Shown here: in pieces, positions 1-8,483 of the stretch | Layout: every line of letters begins with the position of its first letter | Numbering within the stretch: the first letter of the stretch is position 1 | Source of the DNA: a virus | Taxonomy: Duplodnaviria > Caudoviricetes | Strand: one strand, 5' to 3' | Virus record (IMG/VR): IMGVR_UViG_3300017771_000067 | Span: 1-29,812 of that record | Length of the DNA: 29,812 bases | Made by a program: the position numbers and the translations under genes | Notes under the pieces: model-generated | The model's database searches: none | Seen by the model: only the letters and a program-made list of their open reading frames with translations | Told to the model about the DNA's origin: nothing

Positions 1-746
1 GAGATGGAACCATTTGCTGCTATGCTATCAGAAGTAATACTTCCAGTAGCAATAACATTACTTCCAGACGTAATATCGCCTGTTGTTGTCACTGTGGTAG
101 CCGATATATCCGAACCACTAATATTTCCCGTTGAAGTAACAGATGTTGCCGTAACACCGCTGGCAGAAATATCTCCGCTTGCCGTTACATTACCTGTTAC
201 GGATACATCGCCAGTTGACGTAAGCCCTGCGCTTGTCACCGCCCCACTAGCCGTAATTAATCCTGTTACAACCGAACCAGATGTAAGCGCATTTGTAGCT
301 GTTAAACTGTCAGCACTCAGCGCACCAGAAACGGTAAGACTTGCTGTAGTAAATCCACCAGTAACAGTTAATGCACCGTTTACCGTAACACCATCTGTTG
401 TTGTCTCTAACTTTTTACTATTGTTAAAAAATAATTCAACAGCGCCATTTTCATCCATTGTAATAAATGTTGGGCTTGTCGCGTCTACCGCACCAAGAGT
501 AATATTGTCGCCTCGAATATACAACTCACCAGTGTTATTTTTAATGTAACCATCATTGCCAGTTGTGTTGTGATAAATCTGTAAATCAGTGTCATTACCA
601 AAGTTTACAATAGCATCATCGTTTACTGTGCCGCCAGTTGCGCCGATCTTACCTGTTAAATCTGTATTTAGATTTTCAAAGTTAGCGTCAACTTCATCAT
701 GCGTAAGCGGAGCGCCTTTAGTTGCACGTTTTACAATAGTCGCCAT
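1..746 (-). CDS. Tail fibre/spike protein, N-terminal part (runs off the left edge)
   Basis: Not in the ORF track. The ATG at 746-744 overlaps the adaptor stop (TAATG) and has GGAG upstream. It reads MATIVKRATKGAPLTHDEVDANFENLN...FGNDTDLQIYH...KKLETTTDGVTVNG, then Thr/Ser/Gly-rich beta-repeats (TGDVSVTGNVTASGDISAS), with no stop before position 1. Confidence 0.85.
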   Translation of the reverse strand, partial: MATIVKRATKGAPLTHDEVDANFENLNTDLTGKIGATGGTVNDDAIVNFGNDTDLQIYHNTTGNDGYIKNNTGELYIRGDNITLGAVDATSPTFITMDENGAVELFFNNSKKLETTTDGVTVNGALTVTGGFTTASLTVSGALSADSLTATNALTSGSVVTGLITASGAVTSAGLTSTGDVSVTGNVTASGDISASGVTATSVTSTGNISGSDISATTVTTTGDITSGSNVIATGSITSDSIAANGSI

Positions 747-1363
747 TAGTAGCTCCTAATCTTAATTCTGCGCCCGCCAGATCCGCTTTTAGCTTTTTCA
801 CTATCTGCATTTATATCATTAATTGCGCTTTGATACAATGCTGCCCATGAGTTCATTCTTGCATCTTCCTGTAAATATGGTGCGGCGTGTATTAATGAGC
901 CATATAAATAAGCGTCTGGAAAATTTGTCAAAATAACATTTGTTGCCTGACTTGCACTGAGAGTTAGTATTTTTGAGTAATAATATAATTCAATGCTGTA
1001 TGTTGCATCTGGCGTTGGAAACAACTCTATTTCGCCCTGCGTTATTGCATATGAAGTGGGTTTGCCACCTGCATCATCTGCATTTTCCCTTAATTTTTGC
1101 ATTTCATAATAACTAACAAGCTCTATAGGGCGCTGATCTACTTCTAAATGCAATCTAATTGCTTCGACAAAGTCTGTTGGCAATACACTAAATCTTCCAC
1201 TTGCTGAAGCTGTGGCCCTGTTCTCCATACGCCAATGACGAATTTCCCTGTTCATTCTTTTTTCAGCCATGTTAATAAAATCAGGTATTACAGCCGTTAA
1301 ATCACTACGATTGAGAAAATCTGCTATAGAAGCTTTAAGTTCATCATATGTTGTTAGTGCCAT
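746..1363 (-). CDS. Head-tail adaptor / tail tubular-type protein
   Basis: 205 aa. MALTTYDELKASIADFLNRSDL..IPDFI, LFPTPD..Y and PDAYLYGSL are typical of podovirus adaptor proteins. GGAG RBS. Confidence 0.75.
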   Translation of the reverse strand: MALTTYDELKASIADFLNRSDLTAVIPDFINMAEKRMNREIRHWRMENRATASASGRFSVLPTDFVEAIRLHLEVDQRPIELVSYYEMQKLRENADDAGGKPTSYAITQGEIELFPTPDATYSIELYYYSKILTLSASQATNVILTNFPDAYLYGSLIHAAPYLQEDARMNSWAALYQSAINDINADSEKAKSGSGGRRIKIRSY

Positions 1364-1372
1364 TCTACACTC

Positions 1373-4300
1373 CTAATAGGTAAGCAAACTATCGTTTCTA
1401 CCATCTTTATTGTCTCTTACCATAAAATCCATTAATCCAACACCCCCTACGACACCTAATTGTGGAATGCCTTTTTTCGCAGCGTTTTTAATAAACTCAG
1501 GGCTAAGACGAACACCTAGCACTGGTTCTCTGTTTCTTAATTTTGGATCTAATTCAGTATCAATCGTTAATTCTTCTAATTTTGCGTTTTTATCTATCTT
1601 TTTAATAATTTTTTCTAACCTTTTAGGCGCAATTCCTTCATAAAAACCTTCGTGACCTTTTACTTTACCGCCTGTTTTGTTGTAAACCATCTCTGCATTT
1701 GGTAAGGCAAACCATTCATCACCGCTTTGAATAGCATCGTACAGATTGTTTTTCAGCGTCATGTCAAGCCATTTGTTTGTTTTTTCTGTCAATGGCGGTA
1801 AGTTCTTGTAACGTACATCGGTATCAGGCGGTTCGTTTACCCCATATTCTACGGCTGTATCAGGAAAAGCTTTTTTGTAATTATCAGTACGTTGTAAATC
1901 AGCCCTGTCTACATCAAGCTTAATTCTAGCGCTTGATAGGTTTTTGTTGTATTCTGACATTGATGGCATGTTTAAATTAGTTGCCATATCTTCGAACTCA
2001 AAGAATGTCATTTTTTTGCCATCGAACGGTGTAAAAGTTCTGTTCTTCAAAAATGTCTTTTTAAAACGATGTTTTATAGCCTGCACTGTATCATATTCTT
2101 TTGATGCGTTATCTTGATAGTTTGCTGTTTCAATTTTTTCTAAAACAGTCTGATCATCATCTGGATTAAGTTTATATTTTTTTATAGTAGGTTTAAGTTC
2201 TTCTAAATTTTCCTTAATATATTTGTTCATGTAAAATTCTGCACCACCACTAGAAAAATTATTATTTGTATTCATAACACCTGACCTTACCGCAGGGGCA
2301 ACTAAACTATCATCATTAAGCTTTAGAGCATAAGGATTACCGTCTACATGGTTTGTTACATCACGCGCATAAGCTTGGTACAAGCCAAATAATTGATCCT
2401 GCAGTTTTGTCCAATTTTCTTTATTAGGCTGTAACTTTACATCATCTGCGCTGATTTTTGGCTCTCTACGAACCACATCTTCTGCCCTGACCCTAAACAG
2501 CCTTCGAAACTCTGCTTCTATTTTTTCTTCATTTACTCTTGTATCTATTTTGTTGGCATTTTTAAGAACATCATCAAAAGCCTCTGGTGGAGCGCCGTTC
2601 ATTATTTCTCTAGCTGCGTTTGCCCTGATGTCACCACTTCTTTTGAACTGTTCTTTAAATTCATTATATTGTTTTTGTAAATTAATGTTGTAATCATCAT
2701 TATACTGTTGGCTTTTTTCTTCAACTTTATTTAGCGCCGACATCTGGTCAACACTTCGAATACGCAAATCGTTTTGGATAAGCCTAGCTTCGCGTGGTAT
2801 ATCTTCCTCTGGATATTGAGTTGGATACCCCTCATAAAGATTTTTTAATCGCTGTGATATTGTTTTCTTTTGCTTACGAATATCTTGCCCGACATCTGAC
2901 TGACCCTCACCAAAAAGATAAACGCTATCTGTATATCCTGCCCTGTCATATGAAGCTGTTCGCGCATGAGCGGTAATGTTATCAGCGTCCCCCGAAAAGT
3001 GACCTGCGCTTTCCATGTCTACTGTGGGAGATTTGCCTGATCCTTGTGTGTATTCGTAAATAGGACTTTCTGGGCTAAGAGAATAGACTTTTTCTGAGTA
3101 TTGTCTGCCGCCTGCAGGGAAGTATTCAGAATACTCTGTGTCACCCTCATTAAAACCAGAACCGTAATAATCGTCACTTTTGCCAAGGATTGTTTCATAA
3201 AAATATGCAGGATCACTATACAAACCTTCACTTTCAGCCATTTCCATCAAGCTGTCTTTTGCCATTTCTTCAGCATCAAAACCTAATGTTTCTGCAAGTT
3301 CGTCACCGTCTGCATATTTTTCCCATTTCATATTGTTCCCATCAAACCTCAAGTAAGTCATACCTTTGAAGTAATCGTTGTGCATATCAGTAGTGCTATC
3401 ATAACCCATATCAGAGGCCATATCCGCTAAGTCTTTACCCCTAACAGGATATAGAGGAGCCTCACTTCCTTCCTGTCTGCGCAGCGTTCCAAGTTGTTCA
3501 CTAAGGTTTATGGAATCACTATAATTGCTTTCTTGCCACGCTAACATCGCATTATTAAGATCATCTGCAGTAAGCACGTTGTCACCGTCTGCTACCATTT
3601 CTGGTATAACTTCATCCTTATAATACTGCACTTCATCTGGTAGAGCAAATTCAAGATATTCTTCTAACATTTCATCAGACGAAGGAAAAGATGTTCCTAT
3701 TGTGCCATCCGCTTCTTTAAATGTTGTTTCAATTATAGGCGTTCTTTCGTCTAAGTAAGACCTTATTTCATCTTTTGTGACTGTTTTTCCTGCGAAAAAT
3801 TCATCTGCGCCTGTCCACTGAAGTTCGTCTAAGTTAGCACCGCCTTTATTTGGATCAACCATCCATTTTCTTAAATCTTCATATTTACCCTTTTTCTGAG
3901 GTAATTTTTCTGCAGCCCTGACAGATGGACTATACTTTTCGACAGCCTGCCTATAAGGTATAAATGTTCCATCCTGCAAATAATAACCTGTATCTGTTTC
4001 TGATGCGACAGGTGATAAGCCGCCTTTTCTACTGTAGAATTGTCTTGGAACATCGACACCTTCATACTTGATTGGCACATCAGCACTTAACGCCTTTGGA
4101 AGCATATCTGTTTCTGTAAAAGCTTCTCTAACACCTTCCATTCTTTCATCTAGCGTACCACTACCTAACAATGATCTACCTGCATACTGATAATCTGGTA
4201 ATCTAGCTTTTATATATGATTGAGCATACGGTGCTAAAATTCCTGCCATTCTGCCTTGAGGATTAACACCTGCTACTTCAGCCGCGCCCAGAATATCCCT

Positions 4301-4645
4301 AGTCAATCTATCTTCGCTTTCAGTACCGCCTGCTATTCCTTCTGCTAACGCAGCAATACCTTTTTCTCCTGCGCCAAGAATACCAAACAATCCTGCAGCC
4401 GCCATATCTGACAAATAAGCAGGTGCTTGTATGTAAGGACGAAACATATCTGGCGCTTTTTCACGAAAACCACTGAAACTAATTTCACCTGCATTGCCTG
4501 CAAATGTTTTAGACAAATCAAGCATTTCGTTACCGTAATCTTCTACGACATCACCAAACCTATTGTCTTTGTTAAAGCGTCTATCTAGCTGCCTAGTGAA
4601 ATAATCCTCTAACGCGCCAAAAATATTTCTATTTTCAGTTGCCAC
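1373..4645 (-). CDS. Large polyvalent-type / internal virion (ejected) protein
   Basis: 1090 aa, GTG start with GGAGGA RBS. Recognisable blocks: YSP..RAAEKLPQKKG..ELQWTG.DEF..KTVTKDEIRSYL, HF...AHAR...EGQSD, KWLDMTLK..A..G, GFYEGIAPKRL. Gly/hydrophobic C-terminus. Confidence 0.6.
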   Translation of the reverse strand: MATENRNIFGALEDYFTRQLDRRFNKDNRFGDVVEDYGNEMLDLSKTFAGNAGEISFSGFREKAPDMFRPYIQAPAYLSDMAAAGLFGILGAGEKGIAALAEGIAGGTESEDRLTRDILGAAEVAGVNPQGRMAGILAPYAQSYIKARLPDYQYAGRSLLGSGTLDERMEGVREAFTETDMLPKALSADVPIKYEGVDVPRQFYSRKGGLSPVASETDTGYYLQDGTFIPYRQAVEKYSPSVRAAEKLPQKKGKYEDLRKWMVDPNKGGANLDELQWTGADEFFAGKTVTKDEIRSYLDERTPIIETTFKEADGTIGTSFPSSDEMLEEYLEFALPDEVQYYKDEVIPEMVADGDNVLTADDLNNAMLAWQESNYSDSINLSEQLGTLRRQEGSEAPLYPVRGKDLADMASDMGYDSTTDMHNDYFKGMTYLRFDGNNMKWEKYADGDELAETLGFDAEEMAKDSLMEMAESEGLYSDPAYFYETILGKSDDYYGSGFNEGDTEYSEYFPAGGRQYSEKVYSLSPESPIYEYTQGSGKSPTVDMESAGHFSGDADNITAHARTASYDRAGYTDSVYLFGEGQSDVGQDIRKQKKTISQRLKNLYEGYPTQYPEEDIPREARLIQNDLRIRSVDQMSALNKVEEKSQQYNDDYNINLQKQYNEFKEQFKRSGDIRANAAREIMNGAPPEAFDDVLKNANKIDTRVNEEKIEAEFRRLFRVRAEDVVRREPKISADDVKLQPNKENWTKLQDQLFGLYQAYARDVTNHVDGNPYALKLNDDSLVAPAVRSGVMNTNNNFSSGGAEFYMNKYIKENLEELKPTIKKYKLNPDDDQTVLEKIETANYQDNASKEYDTVQAIKHRFKKTFLKNRTFTPFDGKKMTFFEFEDMATNLNMPSMSEYNKNLSSARIKLDVDRADLQRTDNYKKAFPDTAVEYGVNEPPDTDVRYKNLPPLTEKTNKWLDMTLKNNLYDAIQSGDEWFALPNAEMVYNKTGGKVKGHEGFYEGIAPKRLEKIIKKIDKNAKLEELTIDTELDPKLRNREPVLGVRLSPEFIKNAAKKGIPQLGVVGGVGLMDFMVRDNKDGRNDSLLTY

Positions 4646-5480
4646 GATTATCTTCCTCCATAAATGGTATGGTTAATAAACCGCCTGCGCCTGACGCTGT
4701 AAGGTTTCTAAGATTAGACAATCTGGGATCAAAACGTGCAAAACGTGATCTAACATCTTCTGGATTGTAACTTATTTCTGTCATTTTGCCTGATGCTTCT
4801 GGAACTTTAGCGCCTGTAAATCCTGCGCCCTCTAATATTTCTGTCATATTATCGTTACCAAAAGTTTCTCTAAGCTTTGCAAGTGTAACTATGCCATCTT
4901 GATAGCTGTCAATATATACATGTATTTTTGGATTTTTCTTATGCTCTATAATAACTTGATCACCATCACTAATTATTGCGACATTAAATTCTGATCCTTC
5001 ACCTTCAAAAGCTTGCCCTATCTTTTTAGCGTTTTCTTTTCCAGTTCGCTTGGAAGCATCAAAGGGATTATCTGATCTAACAGATACAGGCAAAATGTTT
5101 GAACCTTCAACAATATCATCTTCAGTTCTGCTTTGAGCATACCGTCTTGCTCTATTAGGGTTTGTCGTTGTGTAAAAACCTTGACCGTAAAGATTTTGTC
5201 TCTTCCCTAACTTAGAAGGATCGACTGCTTTAATATCGTCTATCGTGCCATGATAGGCAGGAGTAAAGCCCATTGCTTCTGCTCTTTCACTTCTACTTGC
5301 AGCATCCATAGGCAAATCATAGTTTTGTGATAAATACATATTTAACTGCGTATTGGCTACATCATCACCCATATCAAGCATTTGATCTGTAACCTGATCA
5401 GCTTTACCTGCGTTAAGCAAACCTAAAATCTCATCTCCGCGATTTTTTACAGGAGCCTTTAAACGATTTAACAAACCCAT
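4635..5480 (-). CDS. ADP-ribosyltransferase-like protein (ART-PolyVal-like domain)
   Basis: Motifs AYHGT, YGQGFYTTTNP.RA.RYA, NILPV.VRS.NPF, TEISYNPEDVRSRFARFDP. The likely start is the ATG at 5480 (TAATG coupling) rather than 5486. Confidence 0.75.
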   Translation of the reverse strand: MGLLNRLKAPVKNRGDEILGLLNAGKADQVTDQMLDMGDDVANTQLNMYLSQNYDLPMDAASRSERAEAMGFTPAYHGTIDDIKAVDPSKLGKRQNLYGQGFYTTTNPNRARRYAQSRTEDDIVEGSNILPVSVRSDNPFDASKRTGKENAKKIGQAFEGEGSEFNVAIISDGDQVIIEHKKNPKIHVYIDSYQDGIVTLAKLRETFGNDNMTEILEGAGFTGAKVPEASGKMTEISYNPEDVRSRFARFDPRLSNLRNLTASGAGGLLTIPFMEEDNRGN

Positions 5481-5746
5481 TACCATTTTACTTTATTCGC
5501 CCAAAATGCTGCAGACATTTTACCCTTGGAAATATTCTTTGCATGCCTTGCTTTAAAGGATTTAGCACGTTTAGTCATCTTTTTATCGCCTGTCTTGCCC
5601 TGTTGACCGAACCTAATAGTTTTTACTTTGTCACCTTCTTTAGCAACAACGACATGTGATTTAGTTTTGTGATTAGGTGTTCGCTTTGGCTTGTTGTAGC
5701 CGCTAACTCCTGCACGTTCTAAACGACTATCTTTCTTCTTAGCCAT
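5480..5746 (-). CDS. Small basic phage protein of unknown function
   Basis: 88 aa, Lys/Arg-rich, with KTIRFGQQG...SFKARH...SAAFWANKVKW. Abuts both neighbouring genes. Confidence 0.8.
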   Translation of the reverse strand: MAKKKDSRLERAGVSGYNKPKRTPNHKTKSHVVVAKEGDKVKTIRFGQQGKTGDKKMTKRAKSFKARHAKNISKGKMSAAFWANKVKW

Positions 5747-5747
5747 A

Positions 5748-6473
5748 TTAGCTTAATAAAGTTGGTGGTTGATTTCTGCGGCGCATCTCCTGATCACGCA
5801 ACATTGCTATCATTTGCATAGGATCTACCATTTCTGGCCTTAGTTCTTGCTGCAACAAACCTTCTATAAATGGATTAACCATGTCTTTTATCTGTTGATT
5901 ATTTAACGGTTCTGAAGATAAAGGGCTGTTTACATTTGGAAACGATCTAGTCCTGTCAAATTTTGCCCTGTCAGCATCACTTGGATCTAAAGGTGGCAAT
6001 TCATTTACTACTACGTTTTGTTGAGGGGTATTACTTACGTTGTTATTAGCAACCATAGCACTCACGCCTGACGGTCTGTTTTCCATACCTGCCTGTGCAT
6101 AAGTTCTTGGCCTGTTGTAACCATATGGTGCTACGCCTGCTAAATTTAACAAGCCGCTATACAATCCTGCGCCCTTAAATGTATCTCCTGATGTGTTCAC
6201 GCCGCCACCATCTATCGCATCAATGTGAGCAGGAACATAGTTCCCTGTATTCATATCAAAATAGCCAAAACTTTTATCATTTTGACTTGCCAATATTCTT
6301 TTACGTTGATCATCGCTTGGGCCGCTATCTGAAAATTCCATATTTTTACCAGAACCTTTGCCCCCACCAGCAGAACGAACAGCCTCAGATTGTGAACTAG
6401 ATGGGCTGTATGCAGCTTGACGTTCTTTTTCTTTTACTTTTGTCAGTTTGCCACCCTTAAAAGTATAAGCCAT
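5748..6473 (-). CDS. Hypothetical, possibly virion-associated protein
   Basis: 241-aa ORF coupled within the late operon. Low-complexity G/S/N/Q composition. Confidence 0.7.
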   Translation of the reverse strand: MAYTFKGGKLTKVKEKERQAAYSPSSSQSEAVRSAGGGKGSGKNMEFSDSGPSDDQRKRILASQNDKSFGYFDMNTGNYVPAHIDAIDGGGVNTSGDTFKGAGLYSGLLNLAGVAPYGYNRPRTYAQAGMENRPSGVSAMVANNNVSNTPQQNVVVNELPPLDPSDADRAKFDRTRSFPNVNSPLSSEPLNNQQIKDMVNPFIEGLLQQELRPEMVDPMQMIAMLRDQEMRRRNQPPTLLS

Positions 6474-6515
6474 TTACTTCTTTTTACCGCCTTTTTTCTT
6501 ACCGTATTTGTGCAT
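6474..6515 (-). CDS. 13-aa Lys-rich micropeptide MHKYGKKKGGKKK
   Basis: Exactly fills the 42-nt gap. Its ATG overlaps the upstream stop (TAATG) and its TAA directly abuts the next ATG (TAAATG). Confidence 0.65.
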   Translation of the reverse strand: MHKYGKKKGGKKK

Positions 6516-6691
6516 TACTTTTTCCTTTTTGGTTTTTTAGCTGTTTTTTTGCTGTCTCTAAAAGCTTTTTCTGTTGGCGCACCCTTTGCGCCTTTTGCTC
6601 TCATTCTCTCTGGCGTTTTCCCTGCTTTTTTCTGCGCCTTTATGCGCTTACGTTTTGCTTGAATATTAGAATATAATCCACGTTTTGCCAT
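6515..6691 (-). CDS. Small highly basic protein (MAKRGLYSNIQAKRKRIK...)
   Basis: 58 aa, very Lys/Arg-rich. AGGAG spacing favours the ATG at 6691. Confidence 0.8.
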   Translation of the reverse strand: MAKRGLYSNIQAKRKRIKAQKKAGKTPERMRAKGAKGAPTEKAFRDSKKTAKKPKRKK

Positions 6692-6725
6692 GCGCATCTC
6701 CTAAAATTAATTTGAGACTAACACA

Positions 6726-7991
6726 TTATGCAATGCCACGCAAATTCCTTCTTATAGGTTCACCCCAACTTTGTAACGGACGATAACCTACAGCCATATA
6801 TCGCCAAGCGTCAGCACCATGTGAAGTCCAATCATGCAACGGTCTGCCACGCCATGTTTTGTTTTTTTCATCAAAATCTCTACGATATTGACGTAATGCC
6901 TCAATGCCACGATTGCATTTAGTTTCATCAAAATAGCATCTAGCTATCATTGTTCTTGCTGCTTGTATGCCATCTTCTATTGAAAGCTTTGGCGCTATCT
7001 CTATGTTTCGTATGCCAAGAGCATCTAACACTTCTAACCTACTTTTGCCTGTGCCAAGTTCTTTTACCTGTACATCATGCGGTAGAATGTGTTGTTCGTA
7101 ATGGTATTCTTTACTCAGCAAAACCTTTGCATAATGATCTAAACCTACGCCACTATTTTCATAATAATCAATAACTCTGACTTCACCACCGCCTAAAAAC
7201 TGACAAAACCAAATAGATGTGCTGTCACCTATTCCCAAATCCCAAGCAGTAATTACTGACATTGCAGGATCATAAGGAACATTAGTAACCCTATCCTCAT
7301 TGGTGGCGTTTTTCATTTCTACTGCGTAATAAGCGCCCTGTATTGCTGCTTCGAACGCACACTCAAATTCTTGTTCATAACGATCTTCACCCATTGTGCG
7401 TTTAGCTTCTTTTAATTCTTCTTTGTCTAATATGTTGGTTTCAGAAGCTTTGTGCATTGCGGTAAACCAATTAGGATTGTCTTGCGCATCATGCCACAAT
7501 TCCCAAAATTCGTTTTTACCTTTGGGCGTACTAATAAATGTGCAACTTCCATGTCTGTCTGATATTGCAGGCCGCAACACTGTAGGCCAAGCTGAAGCAG
7601 GAAAGTCTGCCATCTCATCACAAACTATGCTATCAAAATATAAACCGCGCATAGCATTATAATTATCTGCGCCATAGACGCGAAATCTGCTTCCATTACT
7701 AAAGTCTATCCTTAATTCGCTGTTGTTAATTTTTCTATTAGGAATGTCTTGAGTGTACTCTAGTGCATAATCCCAAGCTACAGCTTTTGCTTGTGAAAGA
7801 TATGGAGCAATGTACGCTACTCTTACACTTTCTTTCTCCACTGAAAAACATGACCTAATTAAATCATTTATTGCCGCTACTGTTTTACCAAACCTTCTGT
7901 GCGCAACAATAATAGCAAACCGTTCCGTCCTGTTGTGAAAGTTTTTTGCTTGTTTGCGCGGCTTGTAATCAATCTCTATTACATCTTCCAT
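6726..7991 (-). CDS. terL: Terminase large subunit
   Basis: Walker A-type HRRFGKT, Walker B SIVCDE, coupling motif STPKG, nuclease motifs WDLG.GD and HGADA.RY. Confidence 0.96.
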   Translation of the reverse strand: MEDVIEIDYKPRKQAKNFHNRTERFAIIVAHRRFGKTVAAINDLIRSCFSVEKESVRVAYIAPYLSQAKAVAWDYALEYTQDIPNRKINNSELRIDFSNGSRFRVYGADNYNAMRGLYFDSIVCDEMADFPASAWPTVLRPAISDRHGSCTFISTPKGKNEFWELWHDAQDNPNWFTAMHKASETNILDKEELKEAKRTMGEDRYEQEFECAFEAAIQGAYYAVEMKNATNEDRVTNVPYDPAMSVITAWDLGIGDSTSIWFCQFLGGGEVRVIDYYENSGVGLDHYAKVLLSKEYHYEQHILPHDVQVKELGTGKSRLEVLDALGIRNIEIAPKLSIEDGIQAARTMIARCYFDETKCNRGIEALRQYRRDFDEKNKTWRGRPLHDWTSHGADAWRYMAVGYRPLQSWGEPIRRNLRGIA

Positions 7992-8317
7992 TTTAATTTA
8001 ACCACATGCTCTAAGCCACCATCAACTTCTGCTTTGACCTGCATAGGTAATACTTTACCCATAAGAGACATAAATGATTGTGGATTTTCTATAGCCTGAT
8101 GTTCTAAGTAAGAAACCATACCTTCTTTCTTGGCTTCTTCTACAAATCTAGGATCAGCTTTATCAGGATCATCGTATCTTGCTAAGACAATATTCTGTCC
8201 TGCTCTATCTGCTGCTTCTAATATAGCATCTTTCAGTAGTCTTGGAACTTTATTACCTGTTCCTTTTTTTCTACCAGATCCTTCTACTTTAGATATTTGT
8301 TCTTCTTTTGTACTCAT
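7979..8317 (-). CDS. terS: Terminase small subunit (putative)
   Basis: 112 aa, directly upstream of and overlapping terL. Pattern GRKKG..NK...LKDAILEA...YL...A.ENP..F..L.GKVLP. Confidence 0.75.
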   Translation of the reverse strand: MSTKEEQISKVEGSGRKKGTGNKVPRLLKDAILEAADRAGQNIVLARYDDPDKADPRFVEEAKKEGMVSYLEHQAIENPQSFMSLMGKVLPMQVKAEVDGGLEHVVKLKWKM

Positions 8318-8374
8318 ATGTCCGTCCTTACAGGGTGCGTCTATACTTCATATAATATAACCTAAAAAGATTAC

Positions 8375-8425
8375 AAAAAAAAGCCCCCCGAAGTTTTATG
8401 GAAAAAAGGAAACGCTTCGAAGGGC
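8375..8425 (-). terminator. Intrinsic terminator with an unusually large (21-nt) loop
   Basis: 11-bp stem (8415-8425 with 8383-8393) followed by 8 U, located between the replication genes and terS. Confidence 0.75.
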
Positions 8426-8463
8426 AGTTAAGGCGTATCTCAGGGAGGTTTATAACACGCCCT
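8375..8463 (-). ncRNA. Candidate two-hairpin sRNA (about 89 nt) with anti-Shine-Dalgarno loops
   Basis: AGGGCGUGU-[UAUAAACCUCCCUGAG]-AUACGCCUU-AACU-GCCCUUCGAAG-[CGUUUCCUUUUUUCCAUAAAA]-CUUCGGGGGGC-U8. Four G-U pairs work only on the minus strand. Extended -10 element upstream. Confidence 0.6.
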
Positions 8464-8470
8464 GAGTGAC

Positions 8471-8479
8471 ATTGTATCA
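8471..8479 (-). promoter_or_regulatory. Extended -10 promoter element TGaTACAAT for the candidate sRNA
   Basis: TG-n-TACAAT ends 7 nt before hairpin 1. The -35 region is poor. Confidence 0.45.
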
Positions 8480-8483
8480 TCTT

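Noticed and set aside
4-549. 181-aa plus-strand ORF (V/T/P/A-rich)
   Set aside because: It is the antisense shadow of the repetitive tail-fibre gene, which has the RBS and coupling on the minus strand.
8341-8376. Late promoter for terS
   Set aside because: The region is AT-rich with several weak -10 candidates, and no unambiguous -35/-10 pair.
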